A DNA stretch of 63,940 nucleotides, counting the filler, from Octopus bimaculoides (Eukaryota): assembly GCF_001194135.2 (NCBI RefSeq). It is 7 parts of 5 records of this genome, joined end to end, with 100 filler letters (N's around TTAATTAATTAA, not from the genome) between each part and the next. Parts side by side here need not be neighbours in the genome. Positions count along the whole stretch, not along the records: positions 1 to 19,989 come from NC_069000.1; 6 more parts are not named here. The stretch is one strand, 5' to 3'. Below are positions 1 through 12,120 of this stretch, piece by piece. Within the stretch, counting starts at the first letter, position 1. Each line of letters opens with the position of its first letter. Below the pieces are notes generated by a model. The model saw only the letters and a list, made by a program, of their open reading frames with translations. It was not told the origin of the DNA and made no database searches. The translations under genes and the position numbers were made by a program.

Positions 1-649
1 ATATATATATATTAGTGCTTTATCCAAGCGTGTTTATCACATACATGCATATACGTGTTCGAAGAGATTATCTGGAAACAATTGGCATACAGACAAGTGT
101 GTTACGACATGTGTACGTACGTACGTATATTCATATATGCATGTATGTGCGTATGTGACTGTCTGTGCTTATGTGTACGTGTGTATCAATGCCCAACGTT
201 GTGGTACATATGTAACACATTTGAAGAGAATTACAGATGTACGCATATATCATATGCATACGTCATATACGTGACACATCTAACATATCCGATTGTATTC
301 GAAGGAATTTTTTCAGTGTCTAACGTAACAATTACGATCAGCTTAGGAAATGACATATGCACAGAATCGCGAACACTCACATATATACACACACTGATAC
401 ACACATACACATATGCACACATGCGCACAAATAAACGTTCGTACGCGCACATTCATACACATGTAGATATTTAAAAGGGAGAGTAACATGGAGAATGAAA
501 TGTTTCTGAAAATATATTAACACGATGTATTTTCGTGGAACAGTTTACCAAAATGCTCAATATTTTGGGGCACAAATATCAGGTATACAACACAAGTAGA
601 GCAATAAGCATAAATTTGAATATACAGACGTGCATAACAGACGGTATTT

Positions 650-761
650 TCGTATACATAGATAAATAGATAGATAGATAGATAGACAGGCAGAGACATA
701 CATACATACATACATACATACATACATACATACATACATACAGCTATATATATGTGTGTGT

Positions 762-815
<54 letters not shown>
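650..815. repeat. Compound microsatellite (ATAG)n-(ATAC)n-(AT)n-(GT)n
   Basis: Read directly. It is representative of dozens of similar tracts across the window. Confidence 0.95.
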
Positions 816-2523
816 GCGTGAGTGCTGTTTGCCGTTTGTTATGTTATATATATATATAAATTTTTCTATGCTAAAATTCAGTTGATACATGACAAAAAAA
901 AAAGAACATTTGTTTCTTTCTAATGGACTTATTAAAAGGGTTATTGCTTTGTCCAAGTACGAATCAAATTATTTATTTTTTAATTAAAATTTAAATGTTT
1001 CGTGACTTTCTGTCATGAATCATTTGCATTTTAATTAAAAAATAACATGTATGCTTGTCCGTGTGTGAATGTCCATGTATGCGTGTGTATGTGTGTGTGT
1101 CGCCATAGCGTAAAAATAAAGTATTCTACAGAATTCCTATGTGTTCTATACAATACCTTAAACTAATACAAAGACAGTGTAGTCATCACAGTACCTTAGT
1201 ATCCTAAAGGGTGTGTAGCATTCTTTGGCGAATTTTATTCTGACATTCTTTTGTTTACTTATGGATTTACTGAATGCCTTTATATTCTGTAGAATGTTTA
1301 CTTGTTTTCAGATAAAGTATTATACGATAAACAATAAATGGTAAACGTTTTGTAAACGAACGGGTATATGTGCAACCTAAATATTTATAAAATACAACAA
1401 ACGTTGCTAGCCTTGCGCTAAAATTTAAAGTCAATATACAACAAATGTGTGAAGGCGCATGGTTTAGTGGTTATCGTGTCCAGCTCACGATCATATGAGA
1501 TACATAGACGGAGAAGACGATGTGTAGAGAAGCGATCGAAAACTTCCAGCTTCTGGAGATCAGCAACGTGCATTTTGTGTATTGCAGAAATATAACCAAC
1601 TTACTGCAAATAAGTTCTAACAACAAAATCTTATATGGACCCCCGAGGGCCATATGGACCAGGGTCCATGTGGCCCCCATAAGAACCACTGGTCTAATCT
1701 CTTAAACAGAGGGCTCTAGCAATGCCACAATACAATAAATGCAGCATTGAAAAACATATAAGAGAAACGATATATGAGGACATATGTGTATACAATTTTA
1801 TGTCTATGTATTCGTGTGCATGTATGCGTATGTAATCGTGTGGGCGTATATGTGGGTAAATGTGTGAGTGTATGTGTGTGTTGGGAGTCACCTCATCTTC
1901 ATGTACGAATGCATTTGTTTGTATTTGAGTGTTTGAATCTTTGTGTGTTGTACATTTGTTTCTCTGCGTATCTATGCGTCGTCATGTGTTTCTACGTTTA
2001 TGCTCGCCTGTATATGTCAGCGTGCGTGTATATGTGTGTGTATTGAGCAAGCTATTGTCAGAGCTTCTACTAATCTTGTTTTAATAAGGCCAGCGTGAAT
2101 TAAGGAAGAAATTGGATTTTTTTTTTCTGTAAAGAAAGAATAATATGGAAAAGAATAAGAAAAGGTGAAAAAAGGTCAGGCATAGAAAATGAATGGAAAC
2201 AAAAAAACCGAGTGTTAGAAAGGAGAAAGAAATTGAAATGGTAAGAGGGATACTGATAATGATGATGATGATGATGATGATGTGTGTGTGTGTGTGAATG
2301 CGTATGTTTGTGTCTGTGTTTATGTGTGATGTTTGAAGTAGACTCAATAAAATATGCTTTAATACACGAATTCACATAAAGAATCTTGCAAACGAAAAAA
2401 TACATTAAAAAAAAAACAATTTAAATGCATAATGCAAACTTATTTTAGAAGTGTGCTGTGCATGATATCACTAATACACACATATCACAGGTAGAGAGCC
2501 GTGTGAATATAAGTATGCATATG

Positions 2524-2558
<35 letters not shown>

Positions 2559-2901
2559 NNNNNNNNNNNNNNNNNNNNNNNNNNNNNNNNNNNNNNNNNN
2601 NNNNNNNNNNNNNNNNNNNNNNNNNNNNNNNNNNNNNNNNNNNNNNNNNNNNNNNNNNNNNNNNNNNNNNNNNNNNNNNNNNNNNNNNNNNNNNNNNNNN
2701 NNNNNNNNNNNNNNNNNNNNNNNNNNNNNNNNNNNNNNNNNNNNNNNNNNNNNNNNNNNNNNNNNNNNNNNNNNNNNNNNNNNNNNNNNNNNNNNNNNNN
2801 NNNNNNNNNNNNNNNNNNNNNNNNNNNNNNNNNNNNNNNNNNNNNNNNNNNNNNNNNNNNNNNNNNNNNNNNNNNNNNNNNNNNNNNNNATATATATACA
2901 T

Positions 2902-2944
<43 letters not shown>

Positions 2945-2984
2945 GGGCTCCCACACAGTAGTCGTGTACCAAATCCATTCATAA

Positions 2985-3095
2985 GGCATTAATTGGTGAT
3001 TTGTTTATAGTGCAATACACCCCTGTTGCCACACAGTGGGACTGAACCCAAAACGACGTGGCCACAATGCGAGCTTCTTAGCCACACAGCCATGT
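2985..3095 (-). mobile_element. tRNA-derived CORE-type SINE, head fragment (family D)
   Basis: The minus strand reads ATGGCTGTGTGGCTAAGAAGCTCGCATTGTGGCCACGTCGTTTTGGGTTCAGTCCCACTGTG, with A- and B-box-like motifs. It matches the heads of the copies at 45125-45605 and 48705-49140. Confidence 0.7.
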
Positions 3096-3399
3096 ATGAA
3101 ATATTTTTTAAACGAAAGTCTATAAAGAAATGGTGGAATAAAAGAGTGAGAAAAAGAATTGGTGCTTCTGGAATTAGGGATATGTACAGAATTATGAGAG
3201 AGAGAAAAAGAGAGACAGTTTGGGACAAAAGAAGCAGAGAAGCCGAAGAATAGCAGATGGACTGCAAGAAAGAAGGGGAAAAATGTGGAAAACGTTTAGA
3301 ATTATGGGTAAAAAGAAATTTCTTAGAAATAAAATAAAATCAGATTTCGAGAAAAAATGTAAAAATATCTAAGTAAAAACAATAATGGAAGAAAAGTGT

Positions 3400-3456
3400 A
3401 GCGATAAAAGAGTAAAAGATATTGAATAAAGTTGGATGGATGAGTGACTAAGAGTA

Positions 3457-3496
<40 letters not shown>

Positions 3497-3944
3497 GAGT
3501 GTGTGTTTGTGTGTGTTTGTGTGTGTGTGTGTGTGTGTGTCTATGTGTATGTGGTTGAGTGAGTGAGCATTGAAGGGTGAGAGAGAGAGAGAGAAAGCAT
3601 TAGAGTAAGACAAAGAGATAGAGAGAGTGTGTTTGGTTGAGTGAGAGAGACAAAAGACGTGTGAGAGAGATTGACGTGTAGTTGAATGAGTGAACGTATG
3701 TGTGAGAGTGTGACCAAGAAGACATTAAATTAAGATTAAGAGGAGAAGAGAGTGGGGACGAGAGTGGGGACGAGAGTGGGGAAGAAAGAGATGGAGAGAG
3801 ACAATGTGTGAGTGAGAAAAAGAGAGGGAATAAGAGTAGAGTGTGGCAGAGCGATAACGTGAGAGTGAAAATGAGAGACGCTTGTAGTGGGTGTGACTGC
3901 AAGAGAGAGAGAGGGAGGGAGAGAGAGGGAGAGGCTGAGAGAGG

Positions 3945-3986
<42 letters not shown>

Positions 3987-4066
3987 GAAGGGCAGAGAGA
4001 AGTAGGCTTGCAGTGGGTGTGACTGCAAGAACGAGAGAGAGAGGGAGAGAGAGGGAGAGGCTGAGA

Positions 4067-4138
<72 letters not shown>

Positions 4139-4450
4139 GAAGGGCAGAGAGAAGTAGAGGCAGAAAGAGTGAGTGAAAGAGAGTATGTGAGTGAGTGAGA
4201 ATAAATGAGAGTGAGTAAGATAGTAATTGAGGGAGAGGGAACGAATATGTAAATTAGAACGTACGAGAGAGAGAAAGAGCTTTGGAGCGTGAGTGAGTGA
4301 GTCCGTGCATGTGACGGAGAAAAAGAGAGATCATGAGTGTAGAGTAAGGGAAAGTGACATGTGACAGAGTGAGAACAAAGGACATTGGGCGTGGGGTTGA
4401 GAGGGAGAGAGAGAGAGAGAGAGAGAAAGGGAAAGAAAAGAGAGAAACAG
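3400..4450. repeat. Purine-rich (GA)n/(GAGT)n low-complexity tract with internal ~120-bp duplication
   Basis: Long GA runs. The segment GCTTG(T/C)AGTGGGTGTGACTGCAAGA...GGGAGAGGCTGAGAGAGGG occurs near 3880 and again near 4007. Confidence 0.9.
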
Positions 4451-4782
4451 GATGGGGAAAGTTTCTGGAAGTAAAACCAAAACTAAAGACAATAATGGCA
4501 TCATGAGAATGGTATCAGAAGCTGAAGGGCAAGTGGTGGTGGTGGTGGTGGTGGGTCAGTCATGATAAGAAACAAGGAACAGCAGGTATTGTAGGAGGTG
4601 AAATGATGCGTTCGGTGGGAGGTGTGGGCGTTAGACATGATCAGAGAAGCTCTTACCATACTTGAACCTAACACAAACAAACAAAATAACATTAACTACT
4701 AGAAAAACGAAAGGAACAACTGGCAAAGGGACAACGGAAGTGTCTCAACAGTGGTCACTAGGATCTAATATCAACCAAGTAT

Positions 4783-5010
4783 AAGGTGACTAGCTGGTAG
4801 GACCTTTAGTATGCCGGACGAAATGCTTAGTGGCATTTTGTACGTCTTTACTTTGTGAGTTCAAATTTCGTCGAGGTCGGCTTTGCCTTTCGTCCTTTCG
4901 GGATCGATAAAATAGGTACCAGTAGAACACTGGGGGGGGGGGTCGATGTAATCGACTCATCCCCCACCTCCCCCAAGCTGCTCTTGTGGCAAAAACTTGA
5001 AATAATTATT
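4783..5010 (+). mobile_element. tRNA-derived SINE (family A)
   Basis: B-box GAGTTCAAAT is followed by the core GAGGTCGGCTTTGCCTTTCGTCCTTTCGGGATCGATAAAATAGGTACC and an ATT-rich tail. At least 10 related copies occur in the window. Confidence 0.85.
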
Positions 5011-5022
5011 GATTATTATAAA

Positions 5023-5235
5023 GCGGTGAGCTGGCAGAATCGTTAGCACGCCGGATAAAATGTTTAGCGGTACTTCGTCCATCTTTACGTTCTGAGTTCA
5101 AATTCCGCCAGAGTCGACTTTGCCTTTCATCCTTTCGGGGTCGGAGAAATATGCATTAGTTGAGCACTGGGGGTCGATGTAAACGACTAGCCTCCTTCTC
5201 CAAAATTTCAGTCCTTGTGCATATAGTACAGAAGT
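5023..5235 (+). mobile_element. tRNA-derived SINE (family A), head-to-tail with the preceding copy
   Basis: GGTGAGCTGGCAGAATCGTTAGC (A-box region) ... GAGTTCAAATTCCGCC (B-box), then core GTCGACTTTGCCTTTCATCCTTTCGGGGTCG. Confidence 0.9.
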
Positions 5236-6361
5236 ATATAAACCGAATATCATTAAAAACGAACAGTAAATACAGTCTACTGTACTTACTAGAACAAACT
5301 TCAACATCAATGTGATATGAGCATAGAACATTTTACGACTACAAACTTACAAGATGTAATTAAAGATCTGCTAGTATTTTTGTTTCTTGATTTGAACATT
5401 CTAAAATCCAACGCCCTAATAATTCATTCTAATTTTGGCCCAGGGCCAGCATTTCGAGTAAAAGGAGAACGGCCGATCACGTCGACTTCAGCGCTCAACT
5501 AGAACTTCTCTTATTGACCCAAAGGATAAAAGGCAATATATATATATATACATATNNNNNNNNNNNNNNNNNNNNNNNNNNNNNNNNNTATGTATGTATG
5601 TATGTATGTTTACATGTGTGTGGGGGGAGGGGGGGGGGGTTCACCCCGCCAACCGATTGACAACTAAGGTCAATTTGTTCGACTAAAATCCTTCCAGGTG
5701 ATGCCCCAGCATGACTGCAGTTCAGGGACTAAAAGATGGTTAATCATAAAAGGTAGAAGGAGAAATGTGAAACTGGGAGAGTGAGATGTTCATGGCTTGC
5801 TCAATGGTATATTGTGCATTTGAGACATAACAGGAGATTAAAAGGTTGCAAAATTGAAAGAACGGTTTACAGGAAGAGGAAGAAATAATGAAATTGAACG
5901 AAAAAAAAAAAGAAAAGGAAACAAAGATAAAGCCGAAGTGGAGGGGAGAAGGGCTGTGGAGAATATGGCTGACTTAAAGAGAATGGTGATTTTTGCTTTC
6001 GACTTTATCGATCCAAGTTCCAGCTGATGGACGGCCCTATACCGGTTTGTTTTTGTAGCTGCTGGCTTTTATTTTCTTTTAAAATTATTATTACTAGATT
6101 GGTTAGAGAGCGAGGTCTTTCACAATTATATCACTGTAGCCCTGTCCACTGTCCAACTATCATATGTAGGTCTTCAATGTAAGCTTTAAAAGGAGACACA
6201 GCCGGTGAGGGATAAGAAGAAATTAGAATGAAAATTACATTTAGGAAAAAAAGCACCCCCCCCCAAAAAATAGGAATACGAATTAATTTTCATTGGGGAG
6301 GAAAACTGTAAATCAAGGATTAAAACAGAGCAGTGGTAAGTACATAGTGGTTTCAAGGATT

Positions 6362-6765
6362 TAACACAAGGCCAGCAATTGTGGTGGAAGATATAAGCCG
6401 GTTAGATCGACCCCACTGTGCCACTGGTGCTTAATTTATCGACCTCCAAAAAAATTGAAAGTCAAAGTCGACCACGGTGGTATTTGAACTCAGAACGTAA
6501 GCACGGACGAAATGCCGGTAAGTATTTTGTCCGGCGTGCTAACGGTTCCCCCAGCGCGCCGCCTTATAACAATAATCCTTTCTACTATGGGCACAAGGCC
6601 TGAAATTTGGTGGGAGGGAACTAGTCGATTACATCGAACCCCAGTGTTTCACTGGTACTTAATTTATCGACCTCGAAAGGATGAAAGGCAAAGTCGACCT
6701 CGGCGTAATTTGAACTCAGATGGTAAAGCCGGACGAAAAACCATTTTGCCCGGCGTGCTAACGAA
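6362..6765 (-). mobile_element. Two head-to-tail family A SINEs (6362-6563 and 6571-6765)
   Basis: Two reverse-complement cores (...AAAGTCGACC(A/T)CGG...TTTGAACTCAGA) separated by an AAT-rich tail. Confidence 0.85.
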
Positions 6766-7269
6766 CAATATGATAATAATAGAAGGAGCGCCGAGAAGAG
6801 GAGTGAGAGAGGGAGAGAGAGTGACAAACAGATAGACAGACAGACAATGGACAGAAAGAAACAGAGAGAGAACAAGTGGGAGCAATATTTTCTGTTAAAC
6901 ATTTTTAAATATAAAGTTAAAGCTGAAATATAAACGAAAAAAGACCTTTGACTGTACCAATTTTTTTTCTTTTTCGTTACACCCTTCTCTCCAAAAAAAA
7001 AAGCAAAAAGCAAAAAAAAAAAAAGTCGGAGTTCAGTTTTTGTTTTATACTGTGTACGTTGTATTTTGAAAGGTGTTTCCACACGACCGACAAGCCTAGA
7101 CTTACGAACTGAGTTCACTGAAATGAATTGAACAGGGTAGAGGGGGGGGGAGATTTTTTTTTTTTTTTTTCAATTTTACTGGCTCAATAAATATGTCGTG
7201 GTGGACGGTTAAGTAAACATGGGACAACAACAACAACAACAGGATGAGAGAACATAATAGAAGGAAAAA

Positions 7270-7530
7270 AAAGAACGAAGATGATGCTTCTGAGGATGGT
7301 GGTGCTGGTCGTGATTATGATGACGATTATAATGATATTAATTCAGATGATGATGATGATGGTGATGCTGATTATGATGATGAGGGTTGTGTTGAGGCTG
7401 GTTGTGATGCTGCTGACGGTGCCAGTGATGATGAAGATGATAGTGGCGGAATGGTGATGATGGAAGTGATGATGACGACGACGACTATGATGATGATGAT
7501 GATGGTCATGTTAGTTATGCTGATAATGAT
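7270..7530. repeat. (GAT)n-type trinucleotide low-complexity tract
   Basis: Degenerate GAT/GAC/GCT repeats. They account for the Asp/Met-rich ORF 7244..7576. Confidence 0.9.
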
Positions 7531-7532
7531 CG

Positions 7533-7893
7533 GTCGGTGGCACTCCGTCGCTTACGACGTCGAGGGTTCCAGTTGATCCGATCAACGGAACAGCCTGCTC
7601 GTGAAATTAACACAGACACGTGTACCCTTAACGTAGTTCTCGGGGATATTCAGCGTGGCACAGTGTGACAAGGCTGACCCTTTTGAATTACAGGCACGAC
7701 AGAAACAGGAAGTAAGAGTGAGAGAAAGTTGTGGTGAGAGAGTACAGCAGGGTTCGCCACCAGCCCCTGCCGGAGCCTCGTGGAGCTTTAGGTGTTTTCG
7801 CTCAACAAACACTCACAACGCCCGGTCTGGGAATCGAAACAGCGATCCTATGACCGCGAGTCCGCTGACATAACCACTGGGCCATTGCGCTTC
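7533..7893 (-). mobile_element. tRNA-derived SINE with a tail shared with the copy at 34262-34572
   Basis: The minus-strand head has A-box TGGCCCAGTGG and B-box GTTTCGATTCC. The segment CCAGTTGATCCGATCAACGGAACAGCCTGCTCGTGAAATTAAC matches the region near 34280. Confidence 0.8.
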
Positions 7894-7959
7894 CACCGTA
7901 AGTAGAATAGCAGCAAGGAAATTTATTACAGAAACGTAAGTGATAAATGAAATATGGAA

Positions 7960-8178
7960 AATTAATATCGGTTTCAAATTTTGGACAGCAATTTGGGTGG
8001 GGGAATAAATCGATTACATCGACCCCAGTGCTCAACTGGTACTTATTTTATTGACCTCGAAGGGATAAAAGGCAAAGTCGACCTCGACGGCATTTGAATT
8101 CGAAGCGTAAAGACAGACGAAATGGAGCTGAATATTTAGCTCAACGTGCTAACGATTCTGCCAGCTCGCTGCCTTATA
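7960..8178 (-). mobile_element. Family A SINE
   Basis: GGATAAAAGGCAAAGTCGACCTCGACGGCATTTGAATTCG ... CGTGCTAACGATTCTGCCAGCTCGC is the reverse complement of the family A head plus core. Confidence 0.85.
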
Positions 8179-9331
8179 TGGAAAATTAATATCACCAACA
8201 TCATTAATTCCAATGTGGTTAATAGCAATGAAGAAACGTGATCTAATGTGGATGTTTCTCGATCGATACAGCCCTGCTAGAAAGAGCAGCAAAAATGCGT
8301 TCGAATGCAACCTGCCGTTTTTGTCCAATCGACTACCTCTACGTTCCATTGGCCCGATCGATCTAGAACTGACCTTGAGCTAGGTAACATCTACACCAAT
8401 ATTTAAATAATCCTACAACCTCCGTGTGATAAATGTCCGGGTTCAGATACTCCGAATGGAAGCAAGCAGATCGAATAAGATGCTAAATAATGTTAGAATA
8501 TTAAAGGAAAGCAAATTTAAGGATTCCTTTTTTCTCGAACACAGTTTATTCGAACACAGGCTCCAGATCAACTTCTGTCTTCTTTTTTGCAAGATTTACC
8601 CCCTCTACGGAGGGGTTTTGCCCGAAACTAAACACTTATTCTTCAACTCTAAATCAAAAAACTAAACTACATTTCGTGCTAAAAATTAATCTTAAAATTT
8701 TCCCCAAATTCCCAAGACGTTCTTTCCATGAGGTGAGTAGAAGACATCATGCAGTTTCTCCACTTTCTCTAGACTAAAAACTAAAATACACACACAAAAA
8801 AAAAAAAGACCCGAAAATATTTGGATAGGAACGACTTTCTGTAAACACCGCCCTCTCTGTATCGTTGCTCATCCTGCCAGAATTTTCACTGAGTGAAAAC
8901 AATCACGCAACACATATATATAATGTTTCCTTCGTTGGTTCATGTCTACCTCCCGCCACACTGCTCTGTTGGTTTGGCCAGAATAATATTCATAGTGCTG
9001 GTGGTGTTCTTTTCTATTCTCTCTTTTTGTCTACATTACATCTTTCTTTCTTTTTTCTCACTGTTTGTTATTGNNNNNNNNNNNNNNNNNNNNNNNNNNN
9101 NNNNNNNNNNNNNNNNNNNNNNNNNNNNNNNNNNNNNNNNNNNNNNNNNNNNNNNNNNNNNNNNNNNNNNNNNNNNNNNNNNNNNNNNNNNNNNNNNNNN
9201 NNNNNNNNNNNNNNNNNNNNNNNNNNNNNNNNNNNNNNNNNNNNNNNNNNNNNNNNNNNNNNNNNNNNNNNNNNNNNNNNNNNNNATATAGATAGATAGA
9301 TAGATAGATAGATAGTTAGATATATACATAT

Positions 9332-9375
<44 letters not shown>

Positions 9376-10164
9376 GTAGGTAGGTAGATAGATAGATAGG
9401 TAGGTAGGTAGTCAGTACTTTTATTCACAATACATGTACGGATGTATTCCGTCTTCTGTGTTTTGCTCTTGCCCCACCCCGCATCTCAGACATTCATACC
9501 CCCAAACACACACAAGCGCGTAAAATTTTTCCCTCTCACCCGCACTTCTTTCTTCTCCCCTTATTCATCTCTCAATTGAGAAAATGCCATTCTCTTCTCT
9601 TAGATTTTAGATATACGTTTGCAACCTGCTGGTACTAATCCCACCCCGGAACAGATAAAGGTGAATTGAGAGGCAACCATCCTCCCTATGGCTAAACCAA
9701 AACAAACCGTCTAATGTCAAAGTTCCTTAGACGACATGGAGGCCGAAAAATAAACTTGTGTCGTGGCAGGCCTTCACCATATCCCTACCACACACATACA
9801 CAAGATCTGACTCCCATATAGACATCTCTATACACCCTCGGGATATTCACAACATTTCAAATGTCATCAAACTGTTCTGTTCTGCGCTGCTCAAAATGAT
9901 ACACCGATCCACCCTGCGTCTTCTGACTCTTCTCCCGTCTCTGGGTGTTCATGCACTTCACTGCCATAACCGAAAAATACGAAGCCAATACATAACTGAG
10001 CCCTAGAACAGCATGAAAACAGAGGAGTTAAACTTCAAACTAAGAGAGATTCGCCTACACAAACACACACAAACACATACACTATATACGAAGGCACTCG
10101 CAATCACACACAGCATCCACTTCTTGATATTAACTCCACAGTCGATAGAACGTTGGAGAAAATG

Positions 10165-10660
10165 CCGGGTGATATTTGTTACGGCTCTCTGCACACTGAG
10201 TTGAAATGCCGCCGAGGTCAACTTTGCCTTTCTATCGTCTCGCGCTCGATGAAGAAAATTACTAGTCCAGAACGGTGGGCTAGTGAAATTGTTAGTTCTA
10301 TTTATGCTGGCTCTGTGCACTTTGTGTTCAAATGCTGTCGAGGTCAATTTTGCTTTCTTCATCGTTTCGGGATCCAATAAAGAAAATACTAGTCCAGGCC
10401 CATTGCTTGGTGGAATTGTTAGTTGTTGTATTTCGGCTTCCTTGACTCTGAGTTCAAATCCTTACGAAATTAACTTTAGCTTTCTCATCCTCTCGGGGTC
10501 AATGAAAAAACATTAGTCCGGCATCATAGGTTGGTGGAAATGTTAATTATCGTATTTATTCCGGTTCTTTATGCCCTGAGTTCGAAACTCGCTGAAATCA
10601 ACTTTGTTTTTCCTCTTTTTGCGGTGTCGACAAAATAAAGTACCAATCCAGACCGAAAAT
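10165..10660 (+). repeat. Tandem array of four degenerate family A SINE cores, ~126-bp period
   Basis: B-box-like motifs at 10198, 10324, 10450 and 10578. Each is followed by GAGGTCAACTTTGCCTTT-like and TCGATGAA/TCGACAAA-like core sequence. Confidence 0.8.
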
Positions 10661-11485
10661 ATTATTGGAATTTTAGTGCAGCAGAGGATTTTGCTAGTTA
10701 TTCCAGTTCTTTCTATACCAAGCACTTTGGTAGTATTCTCAGACCTTGGATGGTATTCTAAGTCCCTGGGTGCGTTCTATCCGAAATCATCCCGTATTAT
10801 TCATTCTTGTCTGCATAGGACTCAGAAGCTCAACATCCCACATGTTTTATTTATATACTTACTTATTTTTTTCTAAGGATTTAAGAAAATGCGACATCGA
10901 AATTTTAGAGAAATCTGTTGTAATCTGTAATAGAAATAGCAATCGGAAACGGTAACCAAATGTTTTGTATTTTGACGGAGTTTTGGAAGCTATTTCTAGC
11001 AGGCTAAACGGCCACATAGAGGCTTACTCGCTGGCTTTAGTCTTTCTATTGTTATATAAGCGAGGTGTTTCTTTCGATGTCTTTTGTTTTAACACGGTAA
11101 GAATCCTTAAGTCATTTTCACTTCGATTACAGTCAGAAAGAGGAAAAACATAATGGCGTCACTGATGTTGAAGATATTTTATATAGAATAGTGCCGGCGG
11201 TTTTGTTGTTATAGTGTCTGCTAAAATAACAATTTCTATGTTGATATATTCCATACAATGGTCCTACGGGTAAGGCAGCAGCAGATGGTCAAATTTTCAG
11301 TGTTGCGAAGACCCGATCGAAGTGTCATGTGAATCTCGCTAATGGCTGGGTACAAATAGTCTCTCTATCTATCTACAACATATTTTTTCTTTGCTGTCAC
11401 ATGTAATCAAGTATGACTTGGGACCAGGAGAAGTGCTTCGCCTTTATTTTTTGTGTGTTTTTAAAATAGTGAACACCTTCCTTAC

Positions 11486-11540
11486 CTTTGTTAGGATTTA
11501 CGCTTTCGTGGGATTGTAGACCGAAGATAGTGGCACAACC
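11486..11540 (-). CDS. Candidate internal coding exon (GCATIFGLQSHESVNPNK), unknown protein
   Basis: Acceptor CTCCTTTCAACCGATGATCAG and strong donor AAG|GTAAGG. The 55-nt exon is open only in phase 0, which is compatible with the candidate start exon at 13734-13787. Confidence 0.4.
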
Positions 11541-11719
11541 CTGATCATCGGTTGAAAGGAGACCGTTGATTGTGGCAGTTTGGTCGCTGGCAATTTGTTA
11601 TAGCTGATCGGACAGTGAACCTGTTTTGCCGCCAGTACTTTTTGGGACAGGGGGTTAACATACATACGCATGTGCGTGCATCCGTGTGCAGAAATATATA
11701 CATGCAGAAAGAGATAGTG

Positions 11720-11749
11720 TGTGTGTGTGTGAGAGAGATAGGGAGAGAA

Positions 11750-11824
<75 letters not shown>

Positions 11825-12120
11825 AATGTATTAATTGAACACGGCTGACATAAATGGTCTCCATATTCTTATTTACATAAGAAAAAAACATGCTCACATC
11901 CATAAACAGAAAGAGAGAAAGAGAAGGAGAGAAAGAAAGAGAAAGAAAAAGGAATATAGAGAAAAAATATAAAAAAAGGAAGAAAGGAAGAAAGGAAGGA
12001 AGGAAGGAAGGAAGGAAAGCAGAAAGAAAGAAAGAAAGAAAGGATGAAAGAAAGAAAGGAAGCAAGAAAGAAAGAAAGAAAGAAAGAAGAATAAAGAAGA
12101 TAAAAACGAAAGAGAACGAA
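11720..12120. repeat. (GT)n/(GA)n/(GAAA)n/(GGAA)n microsatellite cluster
   Basis: Read directly. Confidence 0.9.

Noticed and set aside
55-474. 139-aa ORF and the many YI/HT/CV/ER/LS-repeat ORFs in the track
   Set aside because: They are translations of (AT)n, (CA)n, (GA)n and (ATAC)n microsatellites, or ORFs that run through N gaps; no domain signal.
7244-7576. Acidic Asp-rich 110-aa ORF
   Set aside because: Derived from a (GAT)n tract and ends inside a SINE tail.
7815-7893. tRNA gene candidates at SINE heads
   Set aside because: They have A/B boxes but no complete cloverleaf and run straight into SINE bodies; no intact tRNA or rRNA gene was found in the window.
8600-8620. CCCCTC-TACG-GAGGGG-TTTT hairpin resembling a rho-independent terminator with a UNCG loop
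   Set aside because: A single 6-bp stem in eukaryotic DNA is expected by chance; there is no supporting context.
9640-9990. Possible LINE RT remnant (EATILPMAKPK)
   Set aside because: Only one short motif is recognisable; too degenerate to call.
10283-10516. ORF resembling a signal-peptide protein (MKLLVLFMLALCTLCSNA)
   Set aside because: It lies entirely within the tandem SINE-core array, and the hydrophobicity reflects T-rich repeat sequence.
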